Positions 30,971-45,718 of a stretch of DNA of 64,000 nucleotides are shown here, piece after piece. Each line of letters begins with the position of its first letter. The first letter of the stretch is position 1. Source of the stretch: Paraspadella gotoi (taxonomy: Eukaryota; Animalia; Chaetognatha); NCBI GenBank assembly GCA_051294375.1, contig CM119270.1:4146301-4210300 (forward strand), in the 5' to 3' direction. The position numbers were made by a program, and so were the translations under genes. The notes under the pieces were generated by a model that was not told where the DNA came from, searched no databases, and saw only the letters and a list, made by a program, of their open reading frames with translations.

Positions 30971-32102
30971 TCTCTCTTTTTCTCTTTCTCTTTTCCTCTA
31001 TCTTTCACTCTCCCTCTTTCTCTCTTTCTTTCTCTTCTGATTAGTCCAAAACAAGTTTAACTCAGCAGCGGCTGAATTTACGCATCTCAGTAGTATAACC
31101 ATAGATAAGAATTACACTTGTATGCAGGAACAGAATAATCAGCAAAATTGTATGAGCGATACGTCCTTACAGAAAAAAATTAGTTTGCCCATTAATAAAA
31201 ATACTTTGAAAAAAAAATTATACCAGGAGATAGTTTAGCGATAACGCTTTTTAATTTTATAAAAATTATTAATTATTATAGGGCTTCAGTTATATTTATA
31301 TTGCACTAAATAAGCAATANNNNNNNNNNNNNNNNNNNNNNNNNGAAAATTATTTTTTTAGTTTATCCATTAAACTCTATTTCCCACTGGACGATTCCAT
31401 CAAAAACTTCACTATAGCCTCCTCACACACTTCCCTACCCAACACACAAAATTTCATTCCATCCATCCCTCCATCCAATCACGACTAATGGTAGCTTTTT
31501 TGCTTAAGGTGGATGGATGGACCAAACGGACGATACATCACTTTTTTTTGCATTATTTTATCACTAATTCATGTTTCTGACATGATATAATTATAGGCCG
31601 CAATATGAGGGGTAGTTGGACCGACGATCCACCAACAGTGAATTTATTAGAGTCGGGAATCTGCTGATAAGCAGATCCGACTAAAAATTAAGCAATTGAA
31701 AATATACAATGTTGAAAACATATGCGAATTGTAAAACATAATGCAGTTCAAAAAAATTATTTTAAAAAAATATTGTGATTTATCATTCTGATAGCTGTTA
31801 CCGCTTAATTATCGTAGCAGATCCGACATTGTTCGCTCAAACTTGTTCTTTCTATCTTCCTCTCTCACTCTAATGCATGTTTTCATTTACATGTTATTTA
31901 CTCATCGCATCCATATGACAGAGTTTCATTCATCAATGAATGATTATCATCGCATCAATGAATGATATCATCAACCTCAAATGACTATCATTGGTTATTG
32001 CATCGCATCAGAATGTGTTTATCACATTCAAATATATTGAGTATCGCATCAATTAAACATATCTTTACATAATCATTAACTATTACATCTTTTTTCATGC
32101 AG

Positions 32103-33700
32103 GTCAACCTGATGCTAACCACAAGAGAAGTCGGATCTAAATCTAAGAATCTTCAATCACGTTGTCCACAACAAATTTTGATCGTGCACGAAACTGGACC
32201 AATATTTTTATTAGATTAAGCCAACCGCATAACTCTTCCTCGCAAAGCCCGTGGAAAATTGCTCCACTTCGAATCGCTCAGCAACCGCCGCTTCAGCTAA
32301 GCTCTCATTCTGCCACGAAGCATGTGCGGTTCAGTCTGTTAATAGCCGATCCTTCCACGCACGTTTCTCAAGTCTATATTTCACGATATTTAAAGAACAG
32401 TGAATGACGCATGTAAACCAAATGACATCTGGTGAGTGTCAAATGCAGTTTGCGCCAAAGATATGCAAACTAAGGGAGATCTAAAGACTCATCTTTGGTC
32501 GGTGACACATCCGATCTCGAGCGCTGAACATCCTTACATCAGATCATGTTCAGAGGCTGGAAAAAGCATTGCTTATGCAAGCGAAAAACGTTTCGATAAA
32601 AGGGACCAAATCAAGACTTTCAAATGCTTTTACTGTGATTTTCGCTGCCCTAACCATCGATGCTTTGTTGAAAGCAATAGTCCAAGTTTCATCAAATTTA
32701 AACTTAATCAAAAATAATACTCGAATCGAGAATCATATAAACCCAAGTGGAAGTGAGAACATTCACTCCTCTTCAAAAAAGCAATGACAATACAGAAATT
32801 ATCATATCTCACTTTCACGTCCTCGGCTTGACTAAAGTGGAGATAAAACCATTCAAATGTTCTCTCTGTGATTATTAGAACCAAGCACAGACTCTTCAAA
32901 TCCTAAAATAACAACCGGACAGTCTCACACAGCAGCCGTCAAAATTCGATTCTGTTTTTTTTTTCCCCCCCCATTTCAATGTTGGCGTCTCTCATACTCC
33001 ACAGTTCTCTTTGTTGCGCTGACGATTTAAAGAGGCGACTATCCAGAAATTGTGGCTCTTAACCCATAAAATCCGCAAAGAGTCGCAAAAGCTATCTCAT
33101 GGATTGCCCTGGAATGCGACTTCGGTCTGTGAAGAGACCAGGTTGAAATGAAGAGCCACTTATAAATATAGGCACAGCCAAGATAATATACATGCTTGCC
33201 CATAAATGTGATTATAGTGTCGTAAAATTCGCCCTGAGAGAGCCATTTTTATCTCGCACCAGGTGAGAAAACCTTTCAAATGCTGAACAAACATGTCGTT
33301 TGCCGCCAAAGACTAAAAAGCCATTTGGGCTAAACATCGCGGGACTAACACTTGACTTCTGACGACCATTCAAATGTGACCGTTGTTTTCTACACCGCTC
33401 AAACTAGGCTGTAATTTAACAAGATCATCTTATATTTGTCTTGCATCGATTACAAAATATCGTTGCAAGGAATGCGGAGCTCTTCAAGCGGCCTATTACT
33501 TACTCTACCTTCATAAAAAACGATTTCACAAAGTTATCGTCAATTCATCGCGCGATTACAGCACCAAATACAAAAATTCTCTTTGGCTCATGCGTTTACC
33601 TCACAGAAGTAAAAAATAAGGAAGCCCTTGTAAAAAGGGCTACTAGTTGCATTACGGCCTGAATCTCAGCATTCAGTCTCTCCAAAAACATCTCATGAAT
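32103..33700 (+). pseudogene. Second, noisier copy of the paralog A zinc-finger exon (probably an assembly duplicate)
   Basis: Same sequence as 27151-28640, including the same finger deletion; dense single-base indels; follows the N gap at 31320-31344. Confidence 0.55.
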
Positions 33701-36206
33701 CATGAACTAGAACCATCATTTTATAAATACTAAATATATAACCCGGTGGGGCTTAAGGATGCTCAAGAACGGTTAGTAATAACAACTATCGAGTTACTAA
33801 AATATGCAAATTGAATTAATGCCCTTGCGCTCCATTAGCTAATTGATAGGCACAACATAGAAGTCATGACAAAAGGAAAAAATATGTTAATAAAATATTA
33901 TTTTTAATAAAATACAAAAATATTTTTAATTTGTTTTTGTATAAGTCGTTTATCTTGGATTCTGTTATAACTAAACAATTGGTACAACCAATATATAAAG
34001 ACTTTATGACATCATCTAATACAATAATGGCTACCTTGCCTCACTTCTTTGACATGCTTTTGCTGGTATCTTAGTAAGAATCTATCAGAGATAATGATAA
34101 AGGAGTTTTTTGCTAAGGCTTAATCATTTTACAGCTCTGTTATATTCATTCTCACATTATAATTTTGATCAATAATTATATTTGGTTTATTTCTTTATTG
34201 ATAATTTCTCTTTTGCTACAAACTTTCAATATCTAGTTTAACTTTTAACTTCACAAATTGTTTTGCACTGACCACTGTATGTAATTTTCTATTCAAAATA
34301 CTCGTATGTGCAAATTAAAAACAAACAATTCGTTATGTAATTTCATATCTTTTCTCTTGTTCGATTTTTTCAAAACATCATTATATGCATTTTTTTAATC
34401 CCTTTGTTTTACAAACGTTATGTTCATGCATAAATACTTCGTCCAAGAGCTAAAACCTCAGGCGTACTATCATGTCTTAAATTTTATCGTATTTTACTAA
34501 AATTTAAAAATCTTTTTTTAATTACATATTTCAATCGCCCTGATTTTTGCTTATTGTTTTGCCATGTTTCTATAAGCTCTATATAAAAAGTATAGATATG
34601 TTACACATGTTGAACATCCCAAAGGCCAAGACTCCGTGATTTGCGATGGATTGGATTAGGTATTAAATATTGTGTCGTGAGTAGAAAACTCGTGTTGCAC
34701 TTGCAGCATTGATAGATCGAAGTTCGATAAATCAGTGCAGTAGGATAATGTTTAAAATGAAAAAACAAAAAATCTGTTCATAATTTAACGCCAACTTGCT
34801 CATTGACGTGACATAGGCAATTGACTTCCTTTACTCATGAGCGTTAAGGAAAAGTGTGTATTGAGCTGTTGCATATAATATTTCGATGGAAAGTGCGAGT
34901 GAAAGGAGTTAAAACTGGAAAAAACATAATGTTCATGATTTAGTTTATTTAGGAATTTGATTCAGGTGAGGAATTATAGATGTGTTTATTAAAAAATTGG
35001 ATAAGATAAATTGAAATGAAATTTGGCGCGCAGGTGTGCTGGGTAGGAAAGTTATGTAATGAGAGCGATATAAATTTTTTATTGAAATCGTAGGAGTTGG
35101 AAAGAGTTCAAGTAGAAAAACCAAAAGATACATTTATTTGTATTTTTAAATTTATCTCTCTCTATCTTCTCTGATTATTGATGATTGACAAATTATGCCA
35201 GTGAACCAAATTATGCCAGTTGACCAGGAAATGTAGTGCCAGGTTGACCAAAGGTAGCGCAGCTTGCAGCCAAAGATGGTAGTCCAGGTTGAGGCAAATT
35301 AGGTGCCAGTGACCAAGTGGTGATGCCAGTTGAGCGCGAAGTGTAGTGCCGAGGTTGTAGCCAAGAAGTTAGCGCAGGTTGACCAAATCTATGCCAAGAT
35401 TGACCTAATTATGCCATTGACCAAAATTATGCCAGTTGACCAAATTGATCCAGCTTGATCCCAAATTTATTGCCAGTACCCAAATTATGCCCATTGACCA
35501 AATTAGCCATTTGACCAATTGATCATCATGACAATTTGCTGTTGACCAATATTGTTAATGACCAAGATTATGTCAGATATATTGAAACCAATTAGCCAGG
35601 TGCTGACAGGGAAGAAGGGTAGTTCAGTTGTGAATGCAAATGGTATGGGGGGCGCAGGTGGAGGCCAGAGTAGCACGTGTTGAAAGGTGTAAATTCTGGC
35701 AAGGGATCGAGCCAAGGCTACGCTGTGGGATTAGCCGACTGAGTGTATGTAGCAAATGCTACATTGTGTGCTCGCAACTGTATTTTTCTCTCGTGTTTTC
35801 GTCTGTTCTTTTTTCTCTATCCTCACTCTCCCTTTCTCTTTTTTCTCTTCTTAATTTAGTCCAAAAAAGTTATAACTCACAGCGGCTGAATTTACGCATC
35901 CAGTATGAGTGTAGAGCCGAGTAGAGGTGAAGCAGTTAGCACTGGTGATGGCGAGGCGTGGGGATCTCAGCGAGAGTTGTTATGAGCGGATACGTCCTTA
36001 CAGGAAACAAAAGAATAGTTGGCCCATTAATAAAAATACATATTGAAAAAAAAATTTATACCAGAGATAGTTTACGATAACGTTTTCAATTTTTTAAAAA
36101 TCTATTATATTATTGGTATATGGCTTCACGTAATATTATAATTACATAAATAAAGCCTAAGAACATGAGAATTTATATTCAAATTCTGCAAAAACCTCAG
36201 TTCTAC

Positions 36207-36581
36207 TGTGTATAGGTCGCTAAGTGGGTCGAAAATGACGTATCCGGGTAAGCTTCTAAACCCCTTCTCGCAGCGATGGAGACGGTGTCGCTTGGGCTGT
36301 GGAAGCCAGGAACTTGGAGGCGGTTTCCGCACGGCGCGGCCCAAGGTGGGCTGAGCGGTCGAGCCGTGCCGTCACGCTTCCCGCAGGGTAGGGGGGCGGT
36401 GCGGGGATTGTTTTAAAACGCCGGGGTTGGAAGGGGATGAACCGCGGGGAGCTAGGGTGGTCATAGCTGATGGGGCTTGGTACTCAAGTGAGGCACCGGG
36501 GCGGGGTCACGAGAGGCTGAACAGTTGCGTGGCCGGATAGCGGGATATAGGCGGGGTGAACCTAGGCAATGCCCGACTACA
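36207..36581 (-). mobile_element. Noisy solo LTR of tRNA-bearing family 2
   Basis: Reverse complement of 49051-49335 with many inserted Gs; ends GCCCGACTACA; TACT on both flanks (approximate). Confidence 0.7.
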
Positions 36582-37746
36582 TACTTGCAAGTCAGATTTC
36601 TTTCTTAAAACAAAAAACCGCAAGAGAGGGTTATGTTTCAGAAACCACCCCAGCAATTGAATGCCTTATAAATTTAAATTTCAATGATCTCGAAATATCC
36701 CGGCAACTTAAAGCTGAACATGAGGAAAATCCAGGAGAATTATTTCATTCTAAATCACTTTGTCAACTTAATGCCACTGTATTGCGACTTTCATTCTATA
36801 AATTAATTAAAAATAATATGTCAACAGAAACCTTAGCAAAAGAGCTGTTGATTGATTATTAAAAATATATAGTTTTTAATAAAAATTAGTTACTTATGAC
36901 ATGATATAATAACCAGCAATCAAAAATTCAATTAGCATCGCAAAGACCTAACGAAAATAAAAATTATGTATCAAGACAAAAAACGAAATAACGTTTAATA
37001 GAAATGGCAAAGGAGTTTAAAGACAAGATATTTGTCAAAAATCAATAAAAATTGTTAAAGCGATGGCATGACTTTTCCACGGTGTAGAAACACTGTGGGG
37101 AGGGCAGGTAGTTAGGAGTCAGAATCCCCATGGACGAGGCTTCGTTTTAGGTGGGTAATGAATTGAGGTATAAGTATTTTTATTAAATCATTTGTTTCTG
37201 GAAGATGAAAGAATATATTTATTTATTTATATATATTATCTTGGCAGTAATTATATTTGATAAATTTTATTTAATGAATTTGTTTCAAAAATCGTCTGCC
37301 GGTTAATCTGGGGATTTTATGAATTATTGTTTTATTTTTTATGATAACAAAATGAAAAATAAAATTGAACTAATAAATCGATAAAAAAGTTGTAATTAAA
37401 CTTCTGATTTCGGTTATCAGTTATACATTGTTGAAAAAAAATCAAGGTGATTTAGAATTTTAACGTATTATTTAAGTATTAAAAAAATATTTAGTTGAGA
37501 TCGGGAATTTATAAAGTATTAAAATTTAAATTGTATATTGACTTGATAGTTATTTCTCTAATGACAAAATGGAGAAGAGCATTCCATAAATTCACATTTC
37601 CATAATACTGTTCCGTGTTTCCTATATTTGTTTTCCGGTTATTACAGAAATTATGAATTTTTACTTTCAATTTTTTTTTCAATTTAGTCAGAAAATATGT
37701 GAACTAAAAACTTTTTCCTGTCACAATTGGCAACCCTAACAACGAA

Positions 37747-40700
37747 ATGGCTTTGCCATTGACTCCTCGCGTTTCTCAAGGAAGACTCTCTCAGGACAAT
37801 TTGAGTAGAGACAGTTACAGTAAAAATGCAAAGCCAAGTTTGAAGAATTCTTGCTACAATGATTCGGCGAACATTCTCATGGACTGGAAAATCGAACGCG
37901 CCATCCCGGTAGTTCTGCTTACAGACTATGCCATCTCCAACGACATCTCATCAAACCATTCTATGCCTTTAAAGATTGAACGCGTGGATCCAGCAGTGTT
38001 TCTTAAAGACGATGCCATCTCCAACAACATCACGGCAAACCATTCCGTGAATTTAAAGATCAAACGCGTGGAGCCGACGCCATTTCTGACAAATAGCTCT
38101 GGCGTAAATTCATCGATCGTCTCTGGGAACATTGCCGGGTATCGGAAGATCAAATGTGCGGAGTCAAGAGTGGTGCTAGAGGATGTTGACGAACTCATAG
38201 AGCGTATGCTAATAGAGTTCCCCATCAATTTCATCNNNNNNNNNNNNNNNNNNNNNNNNNNNNNNNNNNNNNNNNNNNNNNNNNNNNNNNNNNNNNNNNN
38301 NNNNNNNNNNNNNNNNNNNNNNNNNNNNNNNNNNNNNNNNNNNNNNNNNNNNNNNNNNNNNNNNNNNNNNNNNNNNNNNNNNNNNNNNNNNNNNNNNNNN
38401 NNNNNNNNNNNNNNNNNNNNNNNNNNNNNNNNNNNNNNNNNNNNNNNNNNNNNNNNNNNNNNNNNNNNNNNNNNNNNNNNNNNNNNNNNNNNNNNNNNNN
38501 NNNNNNNNNNNNNNNNNNNNNNNNNNNNNNNNNNNNNNNNNNNNNNNNNNNNNNNNNNNNNNNNNNNNNNNNNNNNNNNNNNNNNNNNNNNNNNNNNNNN
38601 NNNNNNNNNNNNNNNNNNNNNNNNNNNNNNNNNNNNNNNNNNNNNNNNNNNNNNNNNNNNNNNNNNNNNNNNNNNNNNNNNNNNNNNNNNNNNNNNNNNN
38701 NNNNNNNNNNNNNNNNNNNNNNNNNNNNNNNNNNNNNNNNNNNNNNNNNNNNNNNNNNNNNNNNNNNNNNNNNNNNNNNNNNNNNNNNNNNNNNNNNNNN
38801 NNNNNNNNNNNNNNNNNNNNNNNNNNNNNNNNNNNNNNNNNNNNNNNNNNNNNNNNNNNNNNNNNNNNNNNNNNNNNNNNNNNNNNNNNNNNNNNNNNNN
38901 NNNNNNNNNNNNNNNNNNNNNNNNNNNNNNNNNNNNNNNNNNNNNNNNNNNNNNNNNNNNNNNNNNNNNNNNNNNNNNNNNNNNNNNNNNNNNNNNNNNN
39001 NNNNNNNNNNNNNNNNNNNNNNNNNNNNNNNNNNNNNNNNNNNNNNNNNNNNNNNNNNNNNNNNNNNNNNNNNNNNNNNNNNNNNNNNNNNNNNNNNNNN
39101 NNNNNNNNNNNNNNNNNNNNNNNNNNNNNNNNNNNNNNNNNNNNNNNNNNNNNNNNNNNNNNNNNNNNNNGAGCGAGAGATATTGATATTAGAGAAATGA
39201 CCGACGATATCAAACAAAACAAGTTGGCGATGTTCAAATGCCAGTTTTGCACCAAAGATATGCAAATTAAAGGGAGAGTTAAAGACTCATTTGGCCGGGA
39301 CACACTCGGCGATTGGATGCTGAACATCTAATCCAGTCATGGTTCCCAGAAGAGCTGGTGAAGAGAGAGTGATATGGAAGGGAAAAACTTGAACAAGGAA
39401 GTTGGAAAAGGTATTTTACATTGGATTGTTATTTTTTTTATTTTGCCAGATGGGCTAAAGCCCGACTTGGGCGAGATTAAGGATCGGCTCTGCTTCTTTC
39501 TGACCGTTGTAGTCGTCGTCACTCTTCTTTACCATCGCAAATTATAATAAAATTTTCTTTTTAATTATATGTCGCTTTTTCATTTTTTGCATCTCATTTT
39601 TTTGATTCATCTAAAAACAAGTTCAGCTCTGCAACGGCTGTCCAGCTTTTTTCTTTCTCTCTCTCTCTCCTCTCTCACTCATACACGCATGTTTTATTTA
39701 TGTTTAATTTACTTATCGTATCAATGAATAACTAACATTGCATCAATGAATGAATATCATTGCATCAATAAATGATTATTATCACATCAATGACTACCAT
39801 CATATCAATCATTTGGTTATTATCGCATCAATAATTGGTTATTGCATCAATAAATTATTACATCAATCAATCTATTACTATTATATTTTTTTCATGCAGT
39901 CGAGTCGAGTCGTAACCTGATGCATAACCACAAAGAAAAGTCGGTAAAACAAGAATCTTCAATCACGTGTCCTCAAAATTTTGATCGTGACGCAACTGGA
40001 CAATATTTTTATTTAGATTTAAGCGCAACCGATACTTCTTCCTCCAAACCGTGGAAATGCTCCACTTGCGACCATCGTAGCAACCGCCGCTTCAGCATAA
40101 AGCGCCATTTTGCTCGGAAGCATAGCGTCGAGTCAGTAAAAGCCGATCCTTCTGACGCGCCTTCTCAAAGTCTTATTCACGATATTAGAGAAATAAACAA
40201 CGATGTCAAACAAAATGAATCTGCGACTTTCAAATGCCAGTTTTGCGCCAAGATATGCAAACTAAGGGGAGATCTAAAGACTCATTTGGTCGGGAGACAC
40301 TCGCGATTGGATGCTGAACATCTCATCCAGTCATGGTTCCAAGAAGAGCTGGCAAAGGTGCGCGATATGGAAGAGAAAAATGTTTCCGATAAAGATCATA
40401 TCAAACTATTCAAATGCCTTTACTGTGATTTTCGCGCTAACCGTTTATGCTTCGTTGAAAAGCACACTAGTGAAGTACACAAAATTAATTCAATTAATGA
40501 AAATAATATCGATGAGAATTCAGATAAACCCCAATTGGAAGGAGAACATTCACTCTTTCAAAACAGCGATGACAAATCAGAAATTATCATATCTCGACCT
40601 TTCACGTCCTCGGTTGACAAGGGAGCAAAACCATTCAAATGTTCTTTCTGTGATCATAGAACAAGAAGACGCTTTGATCTAAAAAAACATGAAAAAACTC

Positions 40701-41494
40701 ACAATAAAACGGAAGCAAAAAAAATCTATAAATGCTCCAAGTGTGATTTTCAATCGCACAATTTGGAGTCCTTCAAAAAACACGGCAAGTCTCACACCCA
40801 GCCGCAAATCAATTGTCCCCATTGCGGTCTTTCGTACTCACGGTATCTCTTTGCGCGCCATTTAAAGAAGCGACATCCAGAAATCGTGGCTCTTAACCAA
40901 AAACCCAAAGAGACGAAAAAGCCTCTCTCATTCGATTGCCCAGAATGTGACTTCGTTGGAGAGACCAGGTTGAAACTGAAGAGCCACTATAAATATAGGC
41001 ACAGCCCGAAAATATACATGTGCCATAAATGTGATTATAGGTGTCGTACAAACTTTGCCCTGGCAACCCATTTTATCTCGCACCAGGTTGAGAGACCCTT
41101 CAAATGCGACAAATGTCCCTTCGCCGGCAAGACTAAAAGCCATTTAGCTAAACATCGCGGTGTACACTTGACTGAGAGACCATTCAAATGTGACCGTTGT
41201 TCATACACCGCTCAAACTAGGCGTAATTTAAACAATCATTTATATTGTCACGGCGATTACAAGTATCGTTGCAAGGAATGCGGGAAGCTTTTCAAGCGGC
41301 CATCATTACTCTACCTTCATAAAAAACGACTTCACAAAGTAGAAAAAGAAGACTTGCATTGTCAATTATGCGATTACAGCACCAAAACAAAACCGCATCT
41401 TCGGTGGCATCTTATCAATCACAGAAGAAATAAAAAAAAAGCCTTGAAAAAAGGCCAAGTTGGAGTAGTGCCTGATCTTCAAAAAACATCATGA
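37747..41494 (+). CDS. C2H2 zinc-finger gene paralog B: exon 1 from 37747 into the gap, exon fragment 39171-39411, intact terminal exon ~39900-41494 with 12 C2H2 fingers
   Basis: 524-aa ORF with 12 CxxC..H..H units and ERPF linkers; polypyrimidine + CAG acceptor at ~39899; exon 1 is homologous to 23882-24290. Confidence 0.85.
38236..39170. other. Assembly gap inside ZF paralog B (other gaps: 8871-8880, 30402-30426, 31320-31344)
   Basis: N runs. Confidence 1.
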
Positions 41495-42603
41495 TATGAT
41501 TAGAACCATATTTAGAAATATAGATGATATAGTTGGGTCAAGTATGCTCAAAAGGTTAGTAATTAAAATCGGGTTAATCGAATATGCAAATGAGATTATT
41601 GCGCCATCGTATTTTTGAATATAAGGCAAAAGAGAGAATAAATAATTTAATAAAAATTATTTTTTAAAATGATAATAGTTTTATGTGAATTCTGTATAAT
41701 AAAAAATATTTAAAGATGTTAATTTATCTAATAATATTATATGGTTATCGGATATTAATAAATTTGTATTATTTCATATTTTTTTATTCATTTTCATTAT
41801 AAAATTGTTACAACCAATTTAAAAAATATCTATTCATTTAATAAATATGGTATCTTGCCCCTAATTTTGGACAGGCTTTGGTGGTTTAAAGAATCTATCA
41901 CTCTTACAAGATAATGACTGAGCAGTTCTTTTCAAGCTTTTAATCAAGATTCTTTCTCAGTCTCGTTAATTCATTCTCATATTGTAATTTTGACAAAATT
42001 ATATTTGGTTTCTTTTATTATAATTAAAATTAAAGAAAATAAAATAGCTTTTAATTTTATTTATAAAATTATAATTTTTAAATTTTATATAAAAATGAAT
42101 GTTTTGACTGTCAGTTTGTCGTCTTTATTACTAGCTCCTGTAATAACTGACGAATCTATTTAGCCTAATATATTAATAGAGGATTGAGTATATATAGTTA
42201 TATTAAATAAGGTAAAACAAAAGAAATAAAACGGGAGAAAGTTACAAATTGTTACTCGGCCAAAATCACGACTGAAGAATTACAAGCAATCAAAAACCAA
42301 AAAGCATTTGTTTATAATTCGGCGAAGGCTGACGTTCGGTTATTTGCAAACTACAAGACCGAGATTTTGTAATAATACTTTAATATTCTGACAAGTTCTT
42401 AAACAATCATATCTAAAATATTTTAATGTTTATTATAGTACGGAGTTCGGACTTGAATCTTACCCCCTTAATTGTTCCTCCCCCACGCACGATTTTTCTA
42501 TCTTTTGGATTGTATTTAGTTTTGCTATGTAGAAAAATATTAATACCTATATCATTTTTTAATTTTTTGCTTTAATATTTTTTTTATTTCACTAGTGTAA
42601 ATT

Positions 42604-42943
42604 TAAACAAGAGAAAAGATTGAATTTCACAACAAATTTTTGTTTTTTATTTGTATACATGTTTTGAATAATATTCTATTCATCATCAGTGCAAAACAAT
42701 TTGTAAAATTACAAGTTTAGGCAATGTTAAAATTAAGTTTGACAGTGACAGACACAGAAAGTAACAGAGCTTTATCTCATTGACTCTCTCTCTGTTATTC
42801 TCTGTGTGTCTCTCTCTCTCAAACTTAATTTTAACATTGCATACAATTTTAATTTCACAAATTGTTTTGTACTGACGATGAATAGAATATTAGAAAATTA
42901 AAAACAAAAATTCGTTATGAAAATCAATATTTTCTCTTGTTTA
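42604..42943. mobile_element. Penelope-type palindromic remnant with degenerate hammerhead motifs; a second palindrome follows at 42949-43104
   Basis: ~165-bp inverted arms; minus strand reads GCA-CTGATGA-TGAATA..TATTC-AAAA-CATGTA; a related single arm lies at 29147-29188. Confidence 0.7.
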
Positions 42944-43584
42944 ATTTTAAGATTTTAAAATTTTATAAAAAATGAAGTAAAATTTAAATATGAATTTTAT
43001 CTCTTTTGTTTTACAAAACTGTTATGTTCTGATAAAAACTTGTCAAACAAGAGTTAAAATTCATATTTAAATTTTACTTCATTTTTTATAAAATTTTAAA
43101 ATCTTTTTATTTTTTTAGTTAAGTATTTAATGCCTGATTTTTTGCTTCTTGTATTTCCAGTTTATAAGCTTGCTATATAACAAGTTTGAGCAAACAATGT
43201 CGGATCTGCCTACGATAATTAATTAATTAATTAATCGATTAATTAATTAATTAATTTTGATATGTAATAATTAATTTTAAATTTATATTCAACTTATCAT
43301 CATCGATGTCCTTAAAATTGGGTTAGGACAGTTATTAAATATGTTTTGTTTACGTTTTATCAAAACAAACAAATATCCTCTATTTTATTTTATGTCTCCT
43401 TCTCTCTCTCTCTCTTTTTATGCAATTGCGACGATCTTTATGCTTTTAAGATTTTTTTAACTTGCATCATTTTTTCACATTAATTAATTATTTAATTATT
43501 TAATTAATTAAAACATTTATTATTAATCATTAATCATTAATATTAAAGATTCAAGTAAATGTGACTAATTTTTATGCTCATTTT

Positions 43585-43615
<31 letters not shown>

Positions 43616-45718
43616 GCATTGCGACGATCCCTTATGCTCATTTTTTCTGCTCTCTTTCTCTCTCTCTTCTCTCTCTCTCTCTCTTTGCAATTGCGACGAT
43701 CCTTATGCCTCATTTTTTGCTCCTCTCTCTCACACCACATTCCTACCGCTCACAAAATTTCATCTCAATATATTATGGGTTAAAATAAGTAAAAAGATTC
43801 AAGTAAATGTGACTAATATTTTTCATCATTTAAACTCATTTCCACTAGTACGTTTCCACCGAAACTTTATATCAAGTATCGTTACACATTTTCTCCCACA
43901 CAAAAATTTGAACTTAATCTATCCATCCAATTATGATTAATTAGAGTACTTTATTGGTTAAAAATAAGTAAAAATATTTTAGTAAATGCGACTTATGTTT
44001 TTTCCTCTTAAACTCACACTATTCCGTCGAAACTTTATATCCAGCTTTATCACACACTCTACTACCCACACACAAAATTATTCCAATCCAACCAGCCAAT
44101 CACGAGTTATTGGAGCTTTTTGCTAAGGTGGGACGGATGGACGGATTGATTGACTGATTAATTATTATTATTAAATAATTGACTAATTGATTAATTAACT
44201 GATTAATTATTTGATTTATTAATACATCCTGCATATACAATTTAATATAAAAGGAAAAAAAATCATAATCAATTAGTGAAACAGATTTTTTGTTTTTCTC
44301 ACATTTAAACTCATTTCCACTCAAAAGATTCCATCGAAACTTTGGTTACCTGTTCAATCCACACACTTTTTCTACTCGCATACAAAATTCCAGGTCAATC
44401 GATAATTAAGTGGTAATAAGCTAACTTGGTAAACTTGCAATAATTAATCAAACTTGCATAATTTGTTCAACTGACATAATTTGGTTAACTGACATAATTT
44501 TGGTCTACTGACATAATTTGGTCTACTGACATAATTTTGAGTAATGGTCACTGACATAATTTGACTCAATAATGATCAAGTTAAATAATTTGGTCAAGCG
44601 GCTAATATTTGTCAACGGCATAATTTGTCAACGGCATAATTTGGTCAACTGGCTATAATTGGTCAACGGCATAATTTGGTCAACTGCAAGGCATATAATT
44701 TGGTCAACTGCATAATTTGGGTCAACTGGCATAAATTTGTCAACTGGCCAATAATTTGCCGTCAACGCCAGGAGACGGGAACAAATGGTCTCGCTGGCCC
44801 GTTTGAAATGTCTGCGAGTAGATCATGATTGCCAAACGCGGATTTTCTGAAATTTAAACCTGATCTGGCATCGTCAGATATTTTTTGGCAATCTGGGTCT
44901 AATACTTGTTCTCGAGCCATGTCTTCAAAATCTATTTCGAAGCTGGTTAGAGATGAAATGACTGCTTGGGCGTCTTCGAGTCGATCTGGCTTGATGCTTT
45001 TTCTCGCTTTTTTCGACGTCTCGTTTTTCGTCGGTCGGTCGGTCGTCTGCTGGTTTTTTTTTCGGATCCTGATTCTCTCTCGTCGTTGAGGGTGTCGACG
45101 GGGCATTGGGGCAGGAGAGCGCGTCCGCCACAACATTCGCCTACCCCTTGAGATATCTTATATCCGTGGTGAACTCCGCTATCGACGAAAGTTGGTGGCT
45201 TGTCGAATAGTTTGTGGCTGCGGTTTTTTCTTAATGGCTGAGACGAGCTTTGGTGATCCGTGTAGATCGTAAAAGCTTGTCCCTCCAACCCAATGTCTGA
45301 AATGTCGGACGGCTCTGAAGGTCCCAGTAGATCCTTGTGCGAAAGGAGGCCACAGGTTTGATTCTTCGCTAGCTTGGCCGAGAAAAAAGCCAGTGGCTCC
45401 CATCCCTTCGGTCCCGCTGCTCAAGGACGGCTCCGATGGCCGTTATCCGAGGCGTCGGTCGTTATGCATAGTTGTGCACCGTTCGAGGATGGTGGAGGAG
45501 CGCCTGGCGGATATGAGGCCTTCTTTGATGCCTCGAAAGCTTTTTCGCATTCGTCTGACTCATTGAGAGTTTTAGGCTTGCCGCTCAAAGCCTCATAAAG
45601 TGCTGCGCAGCGATGGGCAACTCTCGTATGAAGCGGCGGTAATAATTTACCATACCGAGAAAGTGTTGCACCGCTCTTTAATCGTAGTGGGCCTTGTCGT
45701 CTCGCGAAGTGTCTGTAC

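Noticed and set aside
38209-39327. Long ORFs containing X runs
   Set aside because: Artefacts of the N gap.
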